Below are positions 49,711 through 59,503 of a stretch of 64,000 bases of DNA, one piece after another. A program made the position numbers and the translations under genes. The notes under the pieces were generated by a model. The model was not told the origin of the DNA. It was given only the letters and a program-made list of their open reading frames with translations, and did no database searches. Position 1 is the first letter of the stretch. Each line of letters starts with the position of its first letter. The DNA is from an uncultured Gammaproteobacteria bacterium (GTDB lineage Bacteria; Patescibacteriota; Microgenomatia; UBA10105; UBA927), in contig CAYUUX010000001.1 in NCBI GenBank assembly GCA_964448085.1, positions 22,465 to 86,464 on the forward strand. Reading direction: 5' to 3'.

Positions 49711-50532
49711 CTATTCTGGTAAGCAAATTATACCACCCGAACGTGCCATAAGTAAGCCATCTTTCAGAAGACCTTGCACTAATAGCTTTACTTTTTTTTG
49801 ATCTATTTCATATTGCTTTTCCATTACGCTAATGAGTGCTTTTTCCTGAAATGACTGCTCTCTTACTAAGTCAAGTATACGTCCACGAAAATATCTGTTC
49901 GTTTTCTTAAAGGGAAGTATGTATGACTTTTTTATATTAGTTGATCGCAACTCTTTCTCGTGCAATGCACCATAATCCATAAGCGCCTGATGCCACTCCC
50001 ATGATTTTCCCAAAGGAAGCAGTCTTTGTGCTATATCTTCGATATTCTTTTCATCTTGTAAAACATCGTCAAAGAAAAAATGCGTAATAATCTTTCTAAT
50101 ATTGGTGTCTACCATCGCTAAATCTTTTTTATATGCAAATACCAGTACGGCTCGCGCTGTGTATTTGCCTATTCCTGGGAGTTTCTGCAAAGTCTTCTCG
50201 TCTTGTGGAAAAATACCGTTATAGTCGGATGTAATAAAATTGGCTGTTTTATGTAGATATAACGCTCGTCTGTTGTATCCCATTCCTTTCCAAATGCGCA
50301 ATACGTCACTCAATCGCGCCCGCGCTAACGATTTGATGGTTGGGTATTTTGCAATAAATTCCTTGTACTTGGGTAATCCGCGAACAACTTGCGTCTGCTG
50401 CAGCAGAATCTCCGAAAGCAAAATCTTGTATGGATCATGTGTTTTTCGCCACGGCAAATCGCGTTTATGCACTTTCCACCAACGGAAAATATACGTATGA
50501 AAACGGATAATATTTCTGCGCGTTAGTTTCAT
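49711..50532 (-). CDS. mutY: MutY-like A/G-specific adenine glycosylase (HhH-GPD)
   Basis: RDLPWR, SEILLQQT, WKGMGYNRRA, LPGIGKYTA, VDTN. Confidence 0.88.
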   Translation of the reverse strand: MKLTRRNIIRFHTYIFRWWKVHKRDLPWRKTHDPYKILLSEILLQQTQVVRGLPKYKEFIAKYPTIKSLARARLSDVLRIWKGMGYNRRALYLHKTANFITSDYNGIFPQDEKTLQKLPGIGKYTARAVLVFAYKKDLAMVDTNIRKIITHFFFDDVLQDEKNIEDIAQRLLPLGKSWEWHQALMDYGALHEKELRSTNIKKSYILPFKKTNRYFRGRILDLVREQSFQEKALISVMEKQYEIDQKKVKLLVQGLLKDGLLMARSGGIICLPE

Positions 50533-50635
50533 TGTTGCCTTCTCCCCTCTTGCTCGCCAAGAGGGGAATGCGAAAAACATAACATCTCTCAGCGTATTCC
50601 TGCAGGAGACTGACGTTTATTGTACAATACTTCCT

Positions 50636-51511
50636 ATGGAAGCAGCACAAAAGAAGGCTGGAATCGCCTGCATCATCGGGCGCCCCAACAGCGGAAAGTC
50701 GACACTTTTAAACATGATCCTTCACCAGAAGGTATCCATCACGTCGCCAAAACCACAAACGACACGGTTCCCTATTCAGGCCGTTTATGAAGATGCGCGC
50801 GGCCAGATTCTCTTTGTGGATACCCCTGGAATTTTCGGTAAAACACCGGACCAGCTTTCAAAACGCATCAATTCGAAAGCGGAAGAAGTACTTTCTTCCC
50901 AAATCGATGTTGTTATCTATCTTATCGATCACACGCGGGAACGCGACCTTGAAGAAAACAGGGCGCTTGGTATCGTACGGAAAGCACGCGTCCCGAAAAT
51001 TCTTGCGATAAATAAGATTGACGTAAAGAAACCTTCTCATATTATCCAATACAAATTTATGGAAGATGAATTTGACGATGTTGTTGAAATATCCGCGCTG
51101 GAAGGAAAAAATCTTCCAATTCTTTTGGACGCACTGTTCAAACATATGCCGGTTCGTGAAAAACTCATCGACACAACCACCCTCACACAACCGGGGCTCA
51201 ATATTGATAGCCGAACATTCGTTTCTGAAATCATTCGCGAAAAAGCGTTTTTATTCTTGCGTCGGGAAGTCCCCTATTCACTTACAACTGTGGTTGATGA
51301 CATTGTTGAACGTTCCAACGGCAATCTGTATATCAAAGCACGCATCCTTACTAACCAAGACAGATATAAAGGGATGATTGTTGGCAGAAACGGATCGATG
51401 ATTAAGGAAATATCTATGGCCTCACGGAAAGAACTGCAAACCGCCACAAACAAAAACGTTTTTTTGGATTTAACGGTTGAGGTCGACCCCCATTGGGTGG
51501 AATATCTTTAA
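50636..51511 (+). CDS. era: GTPase Era
   Basis: GRPNSGKS, QTTR, DTPG, NKID, EIIREK, KH domain. Confidence 0.97.
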   Translation: MEAAQKKAGIACIIGRPNSGKSTLLNMILHQKVSITSPKPQTTRFPIQAVYEDARGQILFVDTPGIFGKTPDQLSKRINSKAEEVLSSQIDVVIYLIDHTRERDLEENRALGIVRKARVPKILAINKIDVKKPSHIIQYKFMEDEFDDVVEISALEGKNLPILLDALFKHMPVREKLIDTTTLTQPGLNIDSRTFVSEIIREKAFLFLRREVPYSLTTVVDDIVERSNGNLYIKARILTNQDRYKGMIVGRNGSMIKEISMASRKELQTATNKNVFLDLTVEVDPHWVEYL

Positions 51512-51530
51512 GTGCGAAGATTTCTGCAAA

Positions 51531-52922
51531 TTATTTCAACCGTACCAACGTTTCCTCTTTCCCCAGTATTTCCAGCGACTCCAAAAGCGGCGGTCCAACT
51601 GTTTTTCCGGTAACAGCGACCCGGAGCTCCATAAAGATATCTCGCGCTTTTACGCCGTCTTTTTCCGCCTGAGCACGAAGTGCTTTTTCCATTACATCAT
51701 GTTCCCATGCGGACACCGTTTCGAGTGCTGTACGTACGGTTGTGAGATATTTAGCGTTTATCGGACGTTCCAACGTTACGGGTCGTACAAAAAAGAAGTC
51801 TGCAAGAGATTCAAATTCACCAAGCGTCTTCATGCGTTCCTTTACCAAAGGGAGTATCCGTTTCATGAGATCATCGCTCTCTTTTGGTACAGTTGCGTCG
51901 AATGCGCATATCCGATTGATAAGTTCTTTTTCGCCCATCTTTCGTATATATTCACCATTCATCCAACGAAGTTTTTCCTGGTCAAAAATTGGCGCGGTTG
52001 TCTGCACATCCTTCATGTCAAATTTTTCAATCATCTCATCCACGTTAAATAACTCTTTCCCGGGATATGTCCATGCCATTGTTGCCATGTAATTTTTCAT
52101 TGCCTCCGGCAAATATCCCTTTGCTCGATAATCAGCAACCCACACCGGATTTTTTCTTTTGGATAATTTGCTCCGATCCGGATTTCTCAGAACCGATACA
52201 TGCGCAATTGCGGGAATTTCCCACCCAAAAAATTGGTACAACAAGATGTGTTTCGGCGTTGAAGATATCCATTCTTCACCTCGAATGATGTGGGAAATGT
52301 TCATTATGTGATCGTCAACAACCACACCTAAATGGTAGGTGGGATATCCATCCGATTTTATCAATACTTGGTCATCAATCAGTTTATTTTCAAATGATAT
52401 GTCGCCGCGAATAAGGTCATGAAACATCGTCGTACCTTCTTCCGGAACATTTAATCGTATGACATGTTTCTCCCCTTTTTGAATTCGCGCCTGTGCCTCA
52501 TCGCGAGCAATTGCCTTACAGTGGCCGTCATACATCGGCGGCTTATGTTCCGTTTCCTGAGACTGACGCATTTTTTCAAGGCGATCGGGCGTACAAAAAC
52601 AGTAATATGCATGTCCCTTTTCAACGAGTTCTTCTGCGTATTTTTTGTACATATCCAACCGTTCCGATTGCCGGTATGGTGCAAATTGACCTCCAACATC
52701 CGGTCCTTCATCATGCGGAATACCAAGCCACTCCAGTGATGCCAATATTCGTTCTTCCGAACCCTCTACAAGTCGCGTCCTGTCCGTATCTTCCACGCGA
52801 ACGATAAATTCACCACCGTGTTTTTTTGCAAACACGTAATTGATCAACGCAGTGTATGCGTTGCCGATATGAAGATCCTGACCTGTGGGAGATGGTGCGA
52901 TACGGGTACGAATTTTCTCCAT
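51531..52922 (-). CDS. gltX: glutamate--tRNA ligase
   Basis: APSPTG, HIGN, EDTD, KLSKR. Confidence 0.97.
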   Translation of the reverse strand: MEKIRTRIAPSPTGQDLHIGNAYTALINYVFAKKHGGEFIVRVEDTDRTRLVEGSEERILASLEWLGIPHDEGPDVGGQFAPYRQSERLDMYKKYAEELVEKGHAYYCFCTPDRLEKMRQSQETEHKPPMYDGHCKAIARDEAQARIQKGEKHVIRLNVPEEGTTMFHDLIRGDISFENKLIDDQVLIKSDGYPTYHLGVVVDDHIMNISHIIRGEEWISSTPKHILLYQFFGWEIPAIAHVSVLRNPDRSKLSKRKNPVWVADYRAKGYLPEAMKNYMATMAWTYPGKELFNVDEMIEKFDMKDVQTTAPIFDQEKLRWMNGEYIRKMGEKELINRICAFDATVPKESDDLMKRILPLVKERMKTLGEFESLADFFFVRPVTLERPINAKYLTTVRTALETVSAWEHDVMEKALRAQAEKDGVKARDIFMELRVAVTGKTVGPPLLESLEILGKEETLVRLK

Positions 52923-52967
52923 ACAATGTATGCATTGTATCATACAAATTTGCTGTATACTTATGCT

Positions 52968-54026
52968 ATGGCCACGCTCACGGAAACGGCATATCAGGCA
53001 CGAAAAGCAATTAATTGGGCAATTCTTGCCGTCATCGGGTATATCATTTTGAGAATCTTTTGGGGATTATTTGTGAATCTTTGGATGCTTGTGTTCCCCC
53101 CAAAACCACCGCCTCCCAATTACGGGTTTGGTAAACTCCCGGCATTGGTATTTCCATCTCCAGCTGCTTCTCCTTCGGCAGGCATTCAATTTAAACTGGA
53201 AACCATCGAAGGAACGGTTCCTCGCGCTTCGGAATCCGCCACTGTTTTTTTCATGCCAAAGAATGCTGCGAATCTTTTAGCGCTCACAAAAGCAAACGAA
53301 TTTGCAAAACGCATGGAATTTCTTCAGGAACCTTTCCAGGAAACAAAATATATTTATCGGTATGAGGATGCGGAAACACCGCTTCGTCAGCTTCGCTACG
53401 ATATCGTATCAAAAAATTTCATCCTCAGATACTTGTTTGAAAAAGACATGGGCCTTTTTAACGACCGAAATATTCCCGTTGAAAATGCCGCAAAACTTGA
53501 AGCAAAAAATATTTTGCAGATTTATGGTCTTTATGCAACGGATATTGAAGAGGGGTCTGTCAATGTGCGGTATCTCAAATTGCAGGGGGATAAGCTGATC
53601 CCAACCACAAGCATGTCACAGTCCGACGCGGTCAGAGTAGATTTTTTCCGCGCAGCCGTTGCCGGAACGGAAATCATAACACCATATCCGGATGAAGGTG
53701 CTATTTCTTTCGTGTTCTCCGGGGCAAAAAATATTAAAAAACGTGTCCTGCAGTTTGCGTATACATACTGGCCAATCGACCAATCTACGACAGCAACGTA
53801 TGCGCTGAAAACAAGCAGTGAAGCATGGACGGAATTACAAGGAGGGGGCGGATACATTGCACGCTATCCAAAAAAGGGAAATCTCGCTGTCATTCGAAAA
53901 GTACATCTTGCATATTATGACTCATTTGAACCGCAAACCTATCTCCAACCCATTTTTGTATTTGAGGGGGACGAGGATTTCTTAGCCTACGTTTCCGCAG
54001 TATCTCCTTTGTGGATTGAAAATTAA
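52968..54026 (+). CDS. membrane-anchored hypothetical protein
   Basis: MATLTETAY, TM, PPKPPPP..FGKLP; C-terminal LAYYDS..QPIFVF. Confidence 0.75.
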   Translation: MATLTETAYQARKAINWAILAVIGYIILRIFWGLFVNLWMLVFPPKPPPPNYGFGKLPALVFPSPAASPSAGIQFKLETIEGTVPRASESATVFFMPKNAANLLALTKANEFAKRMEFLQEPFQETKYIYRYEDAETPLRQLRYDIVSKNFILRYLFEKDMGLFNDRNIPVENAAKLEAKNILQIYGLYATDIEEGSVNVRYLKLQGDKLIPTTSMSQSDAVRVDFFRAAVAGTEIITPYPDEGAISFVFSGAKNIKKRVLQFAYTYWPIDQSTTATYALKTSSEAWTELQGGGGYIARYPKKGNLAVIRKVHLAYYDSFEPQTYLQPIFVFEGDEDFLAYVSAVSPLWIEN

Positions 54027-54036
54027 AACCAACCAT

Positions 54037-55005
54037 TTATTTCTGAAGCATTTCCTGCCATTGAATATTTGCAAATGTCCAATCGATCAATCGAATGGTG
54101 TCCATAAAACGATCACCACTATGCAGTACCACGATGATAACTCTCCTGCCGTTTCGCTCCATGAGGGTCACAAGGTTTTCCCCCGCTTCCTCAGTCCACC
54201 CGGTTTTTATTCCTGCAATACCTGGGATTTTCCCCAACAACTGATTGACATTGCTGAGTTTATGAAAATACGTATGTGTTACATCGGAAACCGTTATCTG
54301 CGGTATGCTTACCATTTTTGCAATTACGGAATTTTCTAGCGCCACAGCAGCAAGTTTCGTAAGATCTTCTGCAGACATGTAGTGCTCGGGATCATCATAT
54401 CCCACGGGATTTGTGAAGTGACTTGATGAAAGATGCAATTCCTGCGCCTTTGCATTCATGGATGCAACAAAAGCATCGACACCGCCGGGATACTGTGCTG
54501 CCAGTGCGTAACCCGCATCATTTCCGGACTGAATTAAAAGGCCATACAATAAATTCTCTACCGTTATCCGTTCTCCGTGCACAAGTCCCATAACCTGACC
54601 ACCATTTTTTGTATCCGATACGGTGACCACGTCATTCAGATTCATGGAATCCAATACGACTAACGCCGTTAGAATTTTTGTTGTTGACGCGGGAGGAAGT
54701 TTTATCGTGCTGTTTTTCCGATAGATATAGACTCCGGAAGTCAAATCTTGGACTACAACGGCTAATGCTGAAATTTCTTCACCCGGATATATCTGCGTTA
54801 TATTCACGGGATACGGAGGTGGTGTCGGCACGACAATCATTTTCGCTTGTGTCTTCAAGTTTTGCGGAAAAAAATCAATCATGTACCTGCTCTGTCCCGG
54901 ATACCAAAAAAAAGCGACAGCAATAATACAAAGAAGCAGTATTCCGCCCCATCTCCTTTTAAAAATATTCGGAACGCGACCAATAACCCCCCGGAGTTTC
55001 TTCAT
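54037..55005 (-). CDS. D-alanyl-D-alanine carboxypeptidase (S11)
   Basis: PASTTK, SGND, NPVG, KTG. Confidence 0.93.
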   Translation of the reverse strand: MKKLRGVIGRVPNIFKRRWGGILLLCIIAVAFFWYPGQSRYMIDFFPQNLKTQAKMIVVPTPPPYPVNITQIYPGEEISALAVVVQDLTSGVYIYRKNSTIKLPPASTTKILTALVVLDSMNLNDVVTVSDTKNGGQVMGLVHGERITVENLLYGLLIQSGNDAGYALAAQYPGGVDAFVASMNAKAQELHLSSSHFTNPVGYDDPEHYMSAEDLTKLAAVALENSVIAKMVSIPQITVSDVTHTYFHKLSNVNQLLGKIPGIAGIKTGWTEEAGENLVTLMERNGRRVIIVVLHSGDRFMDTIRLIDWTFANIQWQEMLQK

Positions 55006-55013
55006 GGAAATAA

Positions 55014-56378
55014 TTATTTCTTTCGTACCGCTAAACCAACTTCCTTCAGCTGTTCATCCGATATGGGGCTTGGAGCATTCATGATACTGGTTTGACCGCT
55101 CGACGTTTGAGGGAACGCCTGCACTTCTTTAATTGACGATTCCCCGGTAAGACACATCATGAATCGCTCAATACCCAATGCAATGCCCCCATGTGGAGGG
55201 ACGCCATAGGAAAAAGCTTTTAACATATGGCCAAATTGTTCTTCGATTTGTTTTTTTGTATGTCCGATTATCTCAAACACTTTCGATAATATCGCAGGAT
55301 CGTTACTGCGTATGCTTCCCCCGCCCGCTTCGTACCCGTTCCATACCAAATCATATTGACTCGTCAATATACCTTCGATTTCTCCTTTCAACAATGCTTC
55401 TTTGTGCTCAGGTTTCGGATCGGAAAACGGATTATGGGAATACGTCCAATGGCCGCTTTTATCCTTTTCAAAAAACGGGAAATCCACAACCCACGCGAAA
55501 GCATGTATTCCCTTCGCTTTTTCTTCCGCGTTTCGCATATCAAATTTGTCTGCGCCGTATTTTTTCATCGCTTGAGCATAAGAGATAACGGGGAACGGTT
55601 TTTCTTTTATAACACCACCCAACGATTCAACGATTTCTGTGACCATCGCTTCAATCAATGCCATAACGTCTTCCCGTGTAACAAAGCTCATCTCGATATC
55701 AAGCTGCGTATGTTCGAATCCCCTGTCAGCGCGCAAATCCTCATCCCGAAGACAACGCGCCACTTGAAAGTATTGTTCAAAGCCTGCAACCATCAGAAGC
55801 TGTTTGTATTGCTGAGGAGACTGTGGGAGTGCATACCATTTACCCGGTTGCAGTCTGGATGGCACCAAAAAATCCCTCGATCCTTCAGGTGTCGATTTGG
55901 TTAACATCGGCGTTTCAATCTCCGTAAAATCGCGGGAAAACAAAAATTGGCGCATTTTATCCAAAACATGCGAACGCAACCGGATATTTTTTTGAAGGCG
56001 TTTTCTTCGAAGATCGAGGTATCGATATTTCAAACGCAGTTCCTCATTAATATCCAACCCATCCGTATCAACCGGAAAAGGCAATTCAGCAGCTTTTGAC
56101 AGAATCGTCAATTTTTCAACTTCTATCTCTATTGTCCCTGTTGGCAGTTTGGGGTTCACCATCGATTCTGGCCGCTTTTTGACAACTCCCACGACCCGGA
56201 TGCAATCCTCCGGTTTTGCATCGCCAAGCGTCTTTACCGATACCAATTGCATAATCCCCGTCCTGTCACGTAGATCCAAAAACATGATTTTTCCGTGATC
56301 ACGTCGTGCATCAACCCACCCTTCGAGGGTTATCTGCTCGCCCACTTTATTTACCCCATCGACAATCATCGTTCTCAT
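55014..56378 (-). CDS. aspS: aspartate--tRNA ligase (short form, no GAD domain)
   Basis: RRDHG, RLKYRYLDLRR, LPQSPQ, GGGSIR, PPHGGIALG. Confidence 0.96.
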   Translation of the reverse strand: MRTMIVDGVNKVGEQITLEGWVDARRDHGKIMFLDLRDRTGIMQLVSVKTLGDAKPEDCIRVVGVVKKRPESMVNPKLPTGTIEIEVEKLTILSKAAELPFPVDTDGLDINEELRLKYRYLDLRRKRLQKNIRLRSHVLDKMRQFLFSRDFTEIETPMLTKSTPEGSRDFLVPSRLQPGKWYALPQSPQQYKQLLMVAGFEQYFQVARCLRDEDLRADRGFEHTQLDIEMSFVTREDVMALIEAMVTEIVESLGGVIKEKPFPVISYAQAMKKYGADKFDMRNAEEKAKGIHAFAWVVDFPFFEKDKSGHWTYSHNPFSDPKPEHKEALLKGEIEGILTSQYDLVWNGYEAGGGSIRSNDPAILSKVFEIIGHTKKQIEEQFGHMLKAFSYGVPPHGGIALGIERFMMCLTGESSIKEVQAFPQTSSGQTSIMNAPSPISDEQLKEVGLAVRKK

Positions 56379-56406
56379 AATACTTAGATTGTAGTGATAT
56401 TACCTA

Positions 56407-58074
56407 CTATTGACAAGAAGGACGCATGTCGCGAATTTTTAGCTGGAGAGAGGTTATTCCGTTCCACGTGTTTTCGTTGAGTGTATAAGCGACATCCACT
56501 GTAGACCCTACAGGAAAATTCTCACTCATATGGCCAATTCCAAAACCGACTGCATTCAATATCGTTCCTTTTTCGTCTCTTATTTTCATTTTCAAGTGAT
56601 TCAATTTCGCTCCAATTTTGCGAATTTCCATTACCGTTAGATTATTCGTAGCAAAAACCGGTTCGTAATTCCCTAATCCGAACGGTGCAAATTTTGACAA
56701 AGCAACATAAAGAGATTTGCTGATTAAACGAGAAGGAATCATGGCATCAATTGCAAGCGAACGGATCAACAACGCATCGTCTAACGCTTTTTCGATGCGC
56801 TGTTCTAATGCGGTTACCAATGCGGGAATATTTTTGGTTTCTATGGTAAAACCCGCCGCCATCGGATGCCCCCCAACATCAAGAAGAAGGTTGGATGCGC
56901 CGCGGATAAACTCTACGATGTTAAATCCAGAAACGGATCTCGCCGACGCTTTCGAAATTCCGTTGCCAATTGCAATCACAATACTTGGACGGTAATATTC
57001 TTCCGTTAATTTACCGGCAACCAACCCTATAATACCGGGATTGTATGATTCGTCGGAAACAATAAGGATTTTTTTCTTCTCCGCGGTTGTGTTCTTTGAT
57101 AATCCGGATAGTGCGTGAAGCGTTGTATCAACGGTCATTTGTTGCCTTTCCTTATTGGTCATCCCAAGTTTTAAAGCCAAAATAGTCGCACGTTCAGTTT
57201 TGGTCGTACACAGGAGACGCAGGGCATCAATGGCGTGTTCTAGTCTTCCCATCGCGTTTAACCTGGGAGCGATGACATGGGAGACATCCGATGTTTCAAG
57301 CAGTTTTTCATTCAACCCCGCTTCGCGTATTAGTGCACGGATTCCTATGCGTTTCGTTTTGTTTAATGCTTCGATACCGAATTTTGCGATACTCCGGTTT
57401 GGTCCAACGAGTGGCACCATGTCAGCAATCGTCCCTATTGCGGCAAATGCCAATAATTCTTCTGCCTTTTTACGCATGTGTTTTCCTAAAAGTGTTTTCG
57501 CAACAAACCATGAAACTCCAGCTCCGCATAATGCGGTCGTATGGATCACTGTGCATACCGGAATTGTTGCAGGCGGCAAATGATGATCGGTCACGATCAC
57601 ATCTATCCCGAGTGTCTTTGCGTATGCAACTTCGTCGGCTGCCGTTATACCATGATCTACAGTGATGATAAGAGAGGGATTGTATTCGGCAATGCAATTC
57701 TGAATTCCTTTTTCCGATAACCCATATCCTTCTTCAAGGCGATGCGGTACGTACGGCATGACACGGGCGCCTAAAGCGTAGAGCGCTTCCCATAAAATAG
57801 CACCAGCGCTGATACCATCTGCGTCATAATCCGCATATACGACAATAGACTCATGTTTTTCGATTGCCTTTTCTATCCGTGCAATTCCTTTTGTGAGCTT
57901 GGACTGAAAGATGCCGACATCTTTCGCAGTCAAATCCAATGGATCGGGTGGTGTAAGAAATGTTGCCTGATCTTTACTCTTATGTATTCCTCTATTTTCC
58001 AAAAGAATGCCGACAACATCGTCCACATGGTTGATTGGCTCTTTTGCCAAATTCCGTATATTCCAGTTTTTCAT
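56407..58074 (-). CDS. recJ: ssDNA exonuclease RecJ
   Basis: DYDADG, TVDHG, TDHH, PRLNAMGR, GGHPMAAG. Confidence 0.96.
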   Translation of the reverse strand: MKNWNIRNLAKEPINHVDDVVGILLENRGIHKSKDQATFLTPPDPLDLTAKDVGIFQSKLTKGIARIEKAIEKHESIVVYADYDADGISAGAILWEALYALGARVMPYVPHRLEEGYGLSEKGIQNCIAEYNPSLIITVDHGITAADEVAYAKTLGIDVIVTDHHLPPATIPVCTVIHTTALCGAGVSWFVAKTLLGKHMRKKAEELLAFAAIGTIADMVPLVGPNRSIAKFGIEALNKTKRIGIRALIREAGLNEKLLETSDVSHVIAPRLNAMGRLEHAIDALRLLCTTKTERATILALKLGMTNKERQQMTVDTTLHALSGLSKNTTAEKKKILIVSDESYNPGIIGLVAGKLTEEYYRPSIVIAIGNGISKASARSVSGFNIVEFIRGASNLLLDVGGHPMAAGFTIETKNIPALVTALEQRIEKALDDALLIRSLAIDAMIPSRLISKSLYVALSKFAPFGLGNYEPVFATNNLTVMEIRKIGAKLNHLKMKIRDEKGTILNAVGFGIGHMSENFPVGSTVDVAYTLNENTWNGITSLQLKIRDMRPSCQ

Positions 58075-58123
58075 GTCTTCCTATGGTATCATAAGAAGGA
58101 AATATTCTCTTTTTCAATCATAT

Positions 58124-59503
58124 ATGATCGCGTTACCCGAACTAGCACAATCAGTCATTTCTGCCATGCAAAAAGCGGGTTTTCATTGTTATGCTGTTGG
58201 TGGATCCGTTCGAGACATACTGATGAACAAGACAACACACGGATGGGATTTTACAACAAACGCTCTCCCTGAACAGATATTGTCTGTTTTTCCGAATAGT
58301 TTTTATGACAATCAATTCGGCACCGTTGGGGTAAAAATATATAAAAATGGAATGACCCAGAAGGGTGAAGAAAAACCGCAGGATATCTATGAAATAACAA
58401 CATACAGAAGTGAGAAAGGATATACCGATCACCGTCATCCCGAACATGTCCTGTGGGGCGTCTCACTTGAAGAAGACCTTTCCAGAAGGGATTTTACGAT
58501 CAATGCTATTGCAACCGATGGAAACGTCATCGTTGATCCGTATAACGGACGCGATGCTATCAACCACAAACATATCTGTGCTGTCGGCGACCCCTTGCAA
58601 CGATTTGAAGAAGATGCGCTCCGTATGATGCGCGCCATTAGAATAGCCAGCCAACTCGGCTTCACTATCGAGGATGATACCAAACGCGCTATTGAAACAA
58701 AGGCTCCTCTTCTGGATGAAATATCCAAGGAGCGGATACGCGACGAATTTCTCAAAATACTTGTTGCTCCGTATGCAGGAGACGGGATAGTACTCTTAAA
58801 AAACACGGGTCTTCTTTCATTTATCATCCCGGAATTTCTTCCTGCTTTCACAACGGAACAAAAAAGTCCAAAACGGCATCATTTGTATGATGTTGGAATT
58901 CATTCTATTAAAGCCATGGACGCGTGTCCGTCAAATGATCCGATTGTGAAATTTGCAACACTTATCCATGACATCGGAAAGCCATCAACCTTCAAAAAAG
59001 ATCCATCTGGACTTATCACGTTTTTCAACCACGAAGTAGCAGGGACAAAAATAGCTCGTTCTATCGTCAAAAGACTCAGGTTTTCCAAAAAAGACAGCGA
59101 ACGGATTTTGACACTGTTGCGTTGGCATCAGTTTAGCGTCGATGAGCGTCAAACAGACAGTGCCATCAGAAGGATTATCCGTCGAGTGGGTAAAGAGAAT
59201 CTCCAGGACATGCTCGCTCTTCGCATCGGCGATCGTATCGGAGGTGGTGCCCAAGAAACATCTTGGCGGTTAGAATTGTTTAAAAAACGTCTTGAGGAAG
59301 TACAAAAACAACCGTTTGCTGTAAGTGATTTGACTATAAACGGCAACGATATCATGAAAATTCTCGCCTGTCGTCCAGGTCCGCTTGTTGGAAAAGCGCT
59401 TCTTGCGTTGTTTGAAGAAGTTGTTGCTCAAAAAATACCCAACGAACAACATGCGTTGATGCAACGATTGGAAGAAATTAAGAAGACACTGCTTACTTCG
59501 TAA
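58124..59503 (+). CDS. cca: CCA tRNA nucleotidyltransferase with HD domain
   Basis: VGGSVRD, RRDFTINA, EDALRMMR, IHDIGK. Confidence 0.92.
   Translation: MIALPELAQSVISAMQKAGFHCYAVGGSVRDILMNKTTHGWDFTTNALPEQILSVFPNSFYDNQFGTVGVKIYKNGMTQKGEEKPQDIYEITTYRSEKGYTDHRHPEHVLWGVSLEEDLSRRDFTINAIATDGNVIVDPYNGRDAINHKHICAVGDPLQRFEEDALRMMRAIRIASQLGFTIEDDTKRAIETKAPLLDEISKERIRDEFLKILVAPYAGDGIVLLKNTGLLSFIIPEFLPAFTTEQKSPKRHHLYDVGIHSIKAMDACPSNDPIVKFATLIHDIGKPSTFKKDPSGLITFFNHEVAGTKIARSIVKRLRFSKKDSERILTLLRWHQFSVDERQTDSAIRRIIRRVGKENLQDMLALRIGDRIGGGAQETSWRLELFKKRLEEVQKQPFAVSDLTINGNDIMKILACRPGPLVGKALLALFEEVVAQKIPNEQHALMQRLEEIKKTLLTS

Noticed and set aside
50570-50615. TPP riboswitch or SRP RNA
   Set aside because: GCTGAGA is present but the CCTGA..AAT..GCG core is not; the SRP domain IV CAGG/GGAA/AGCA motif is not matched
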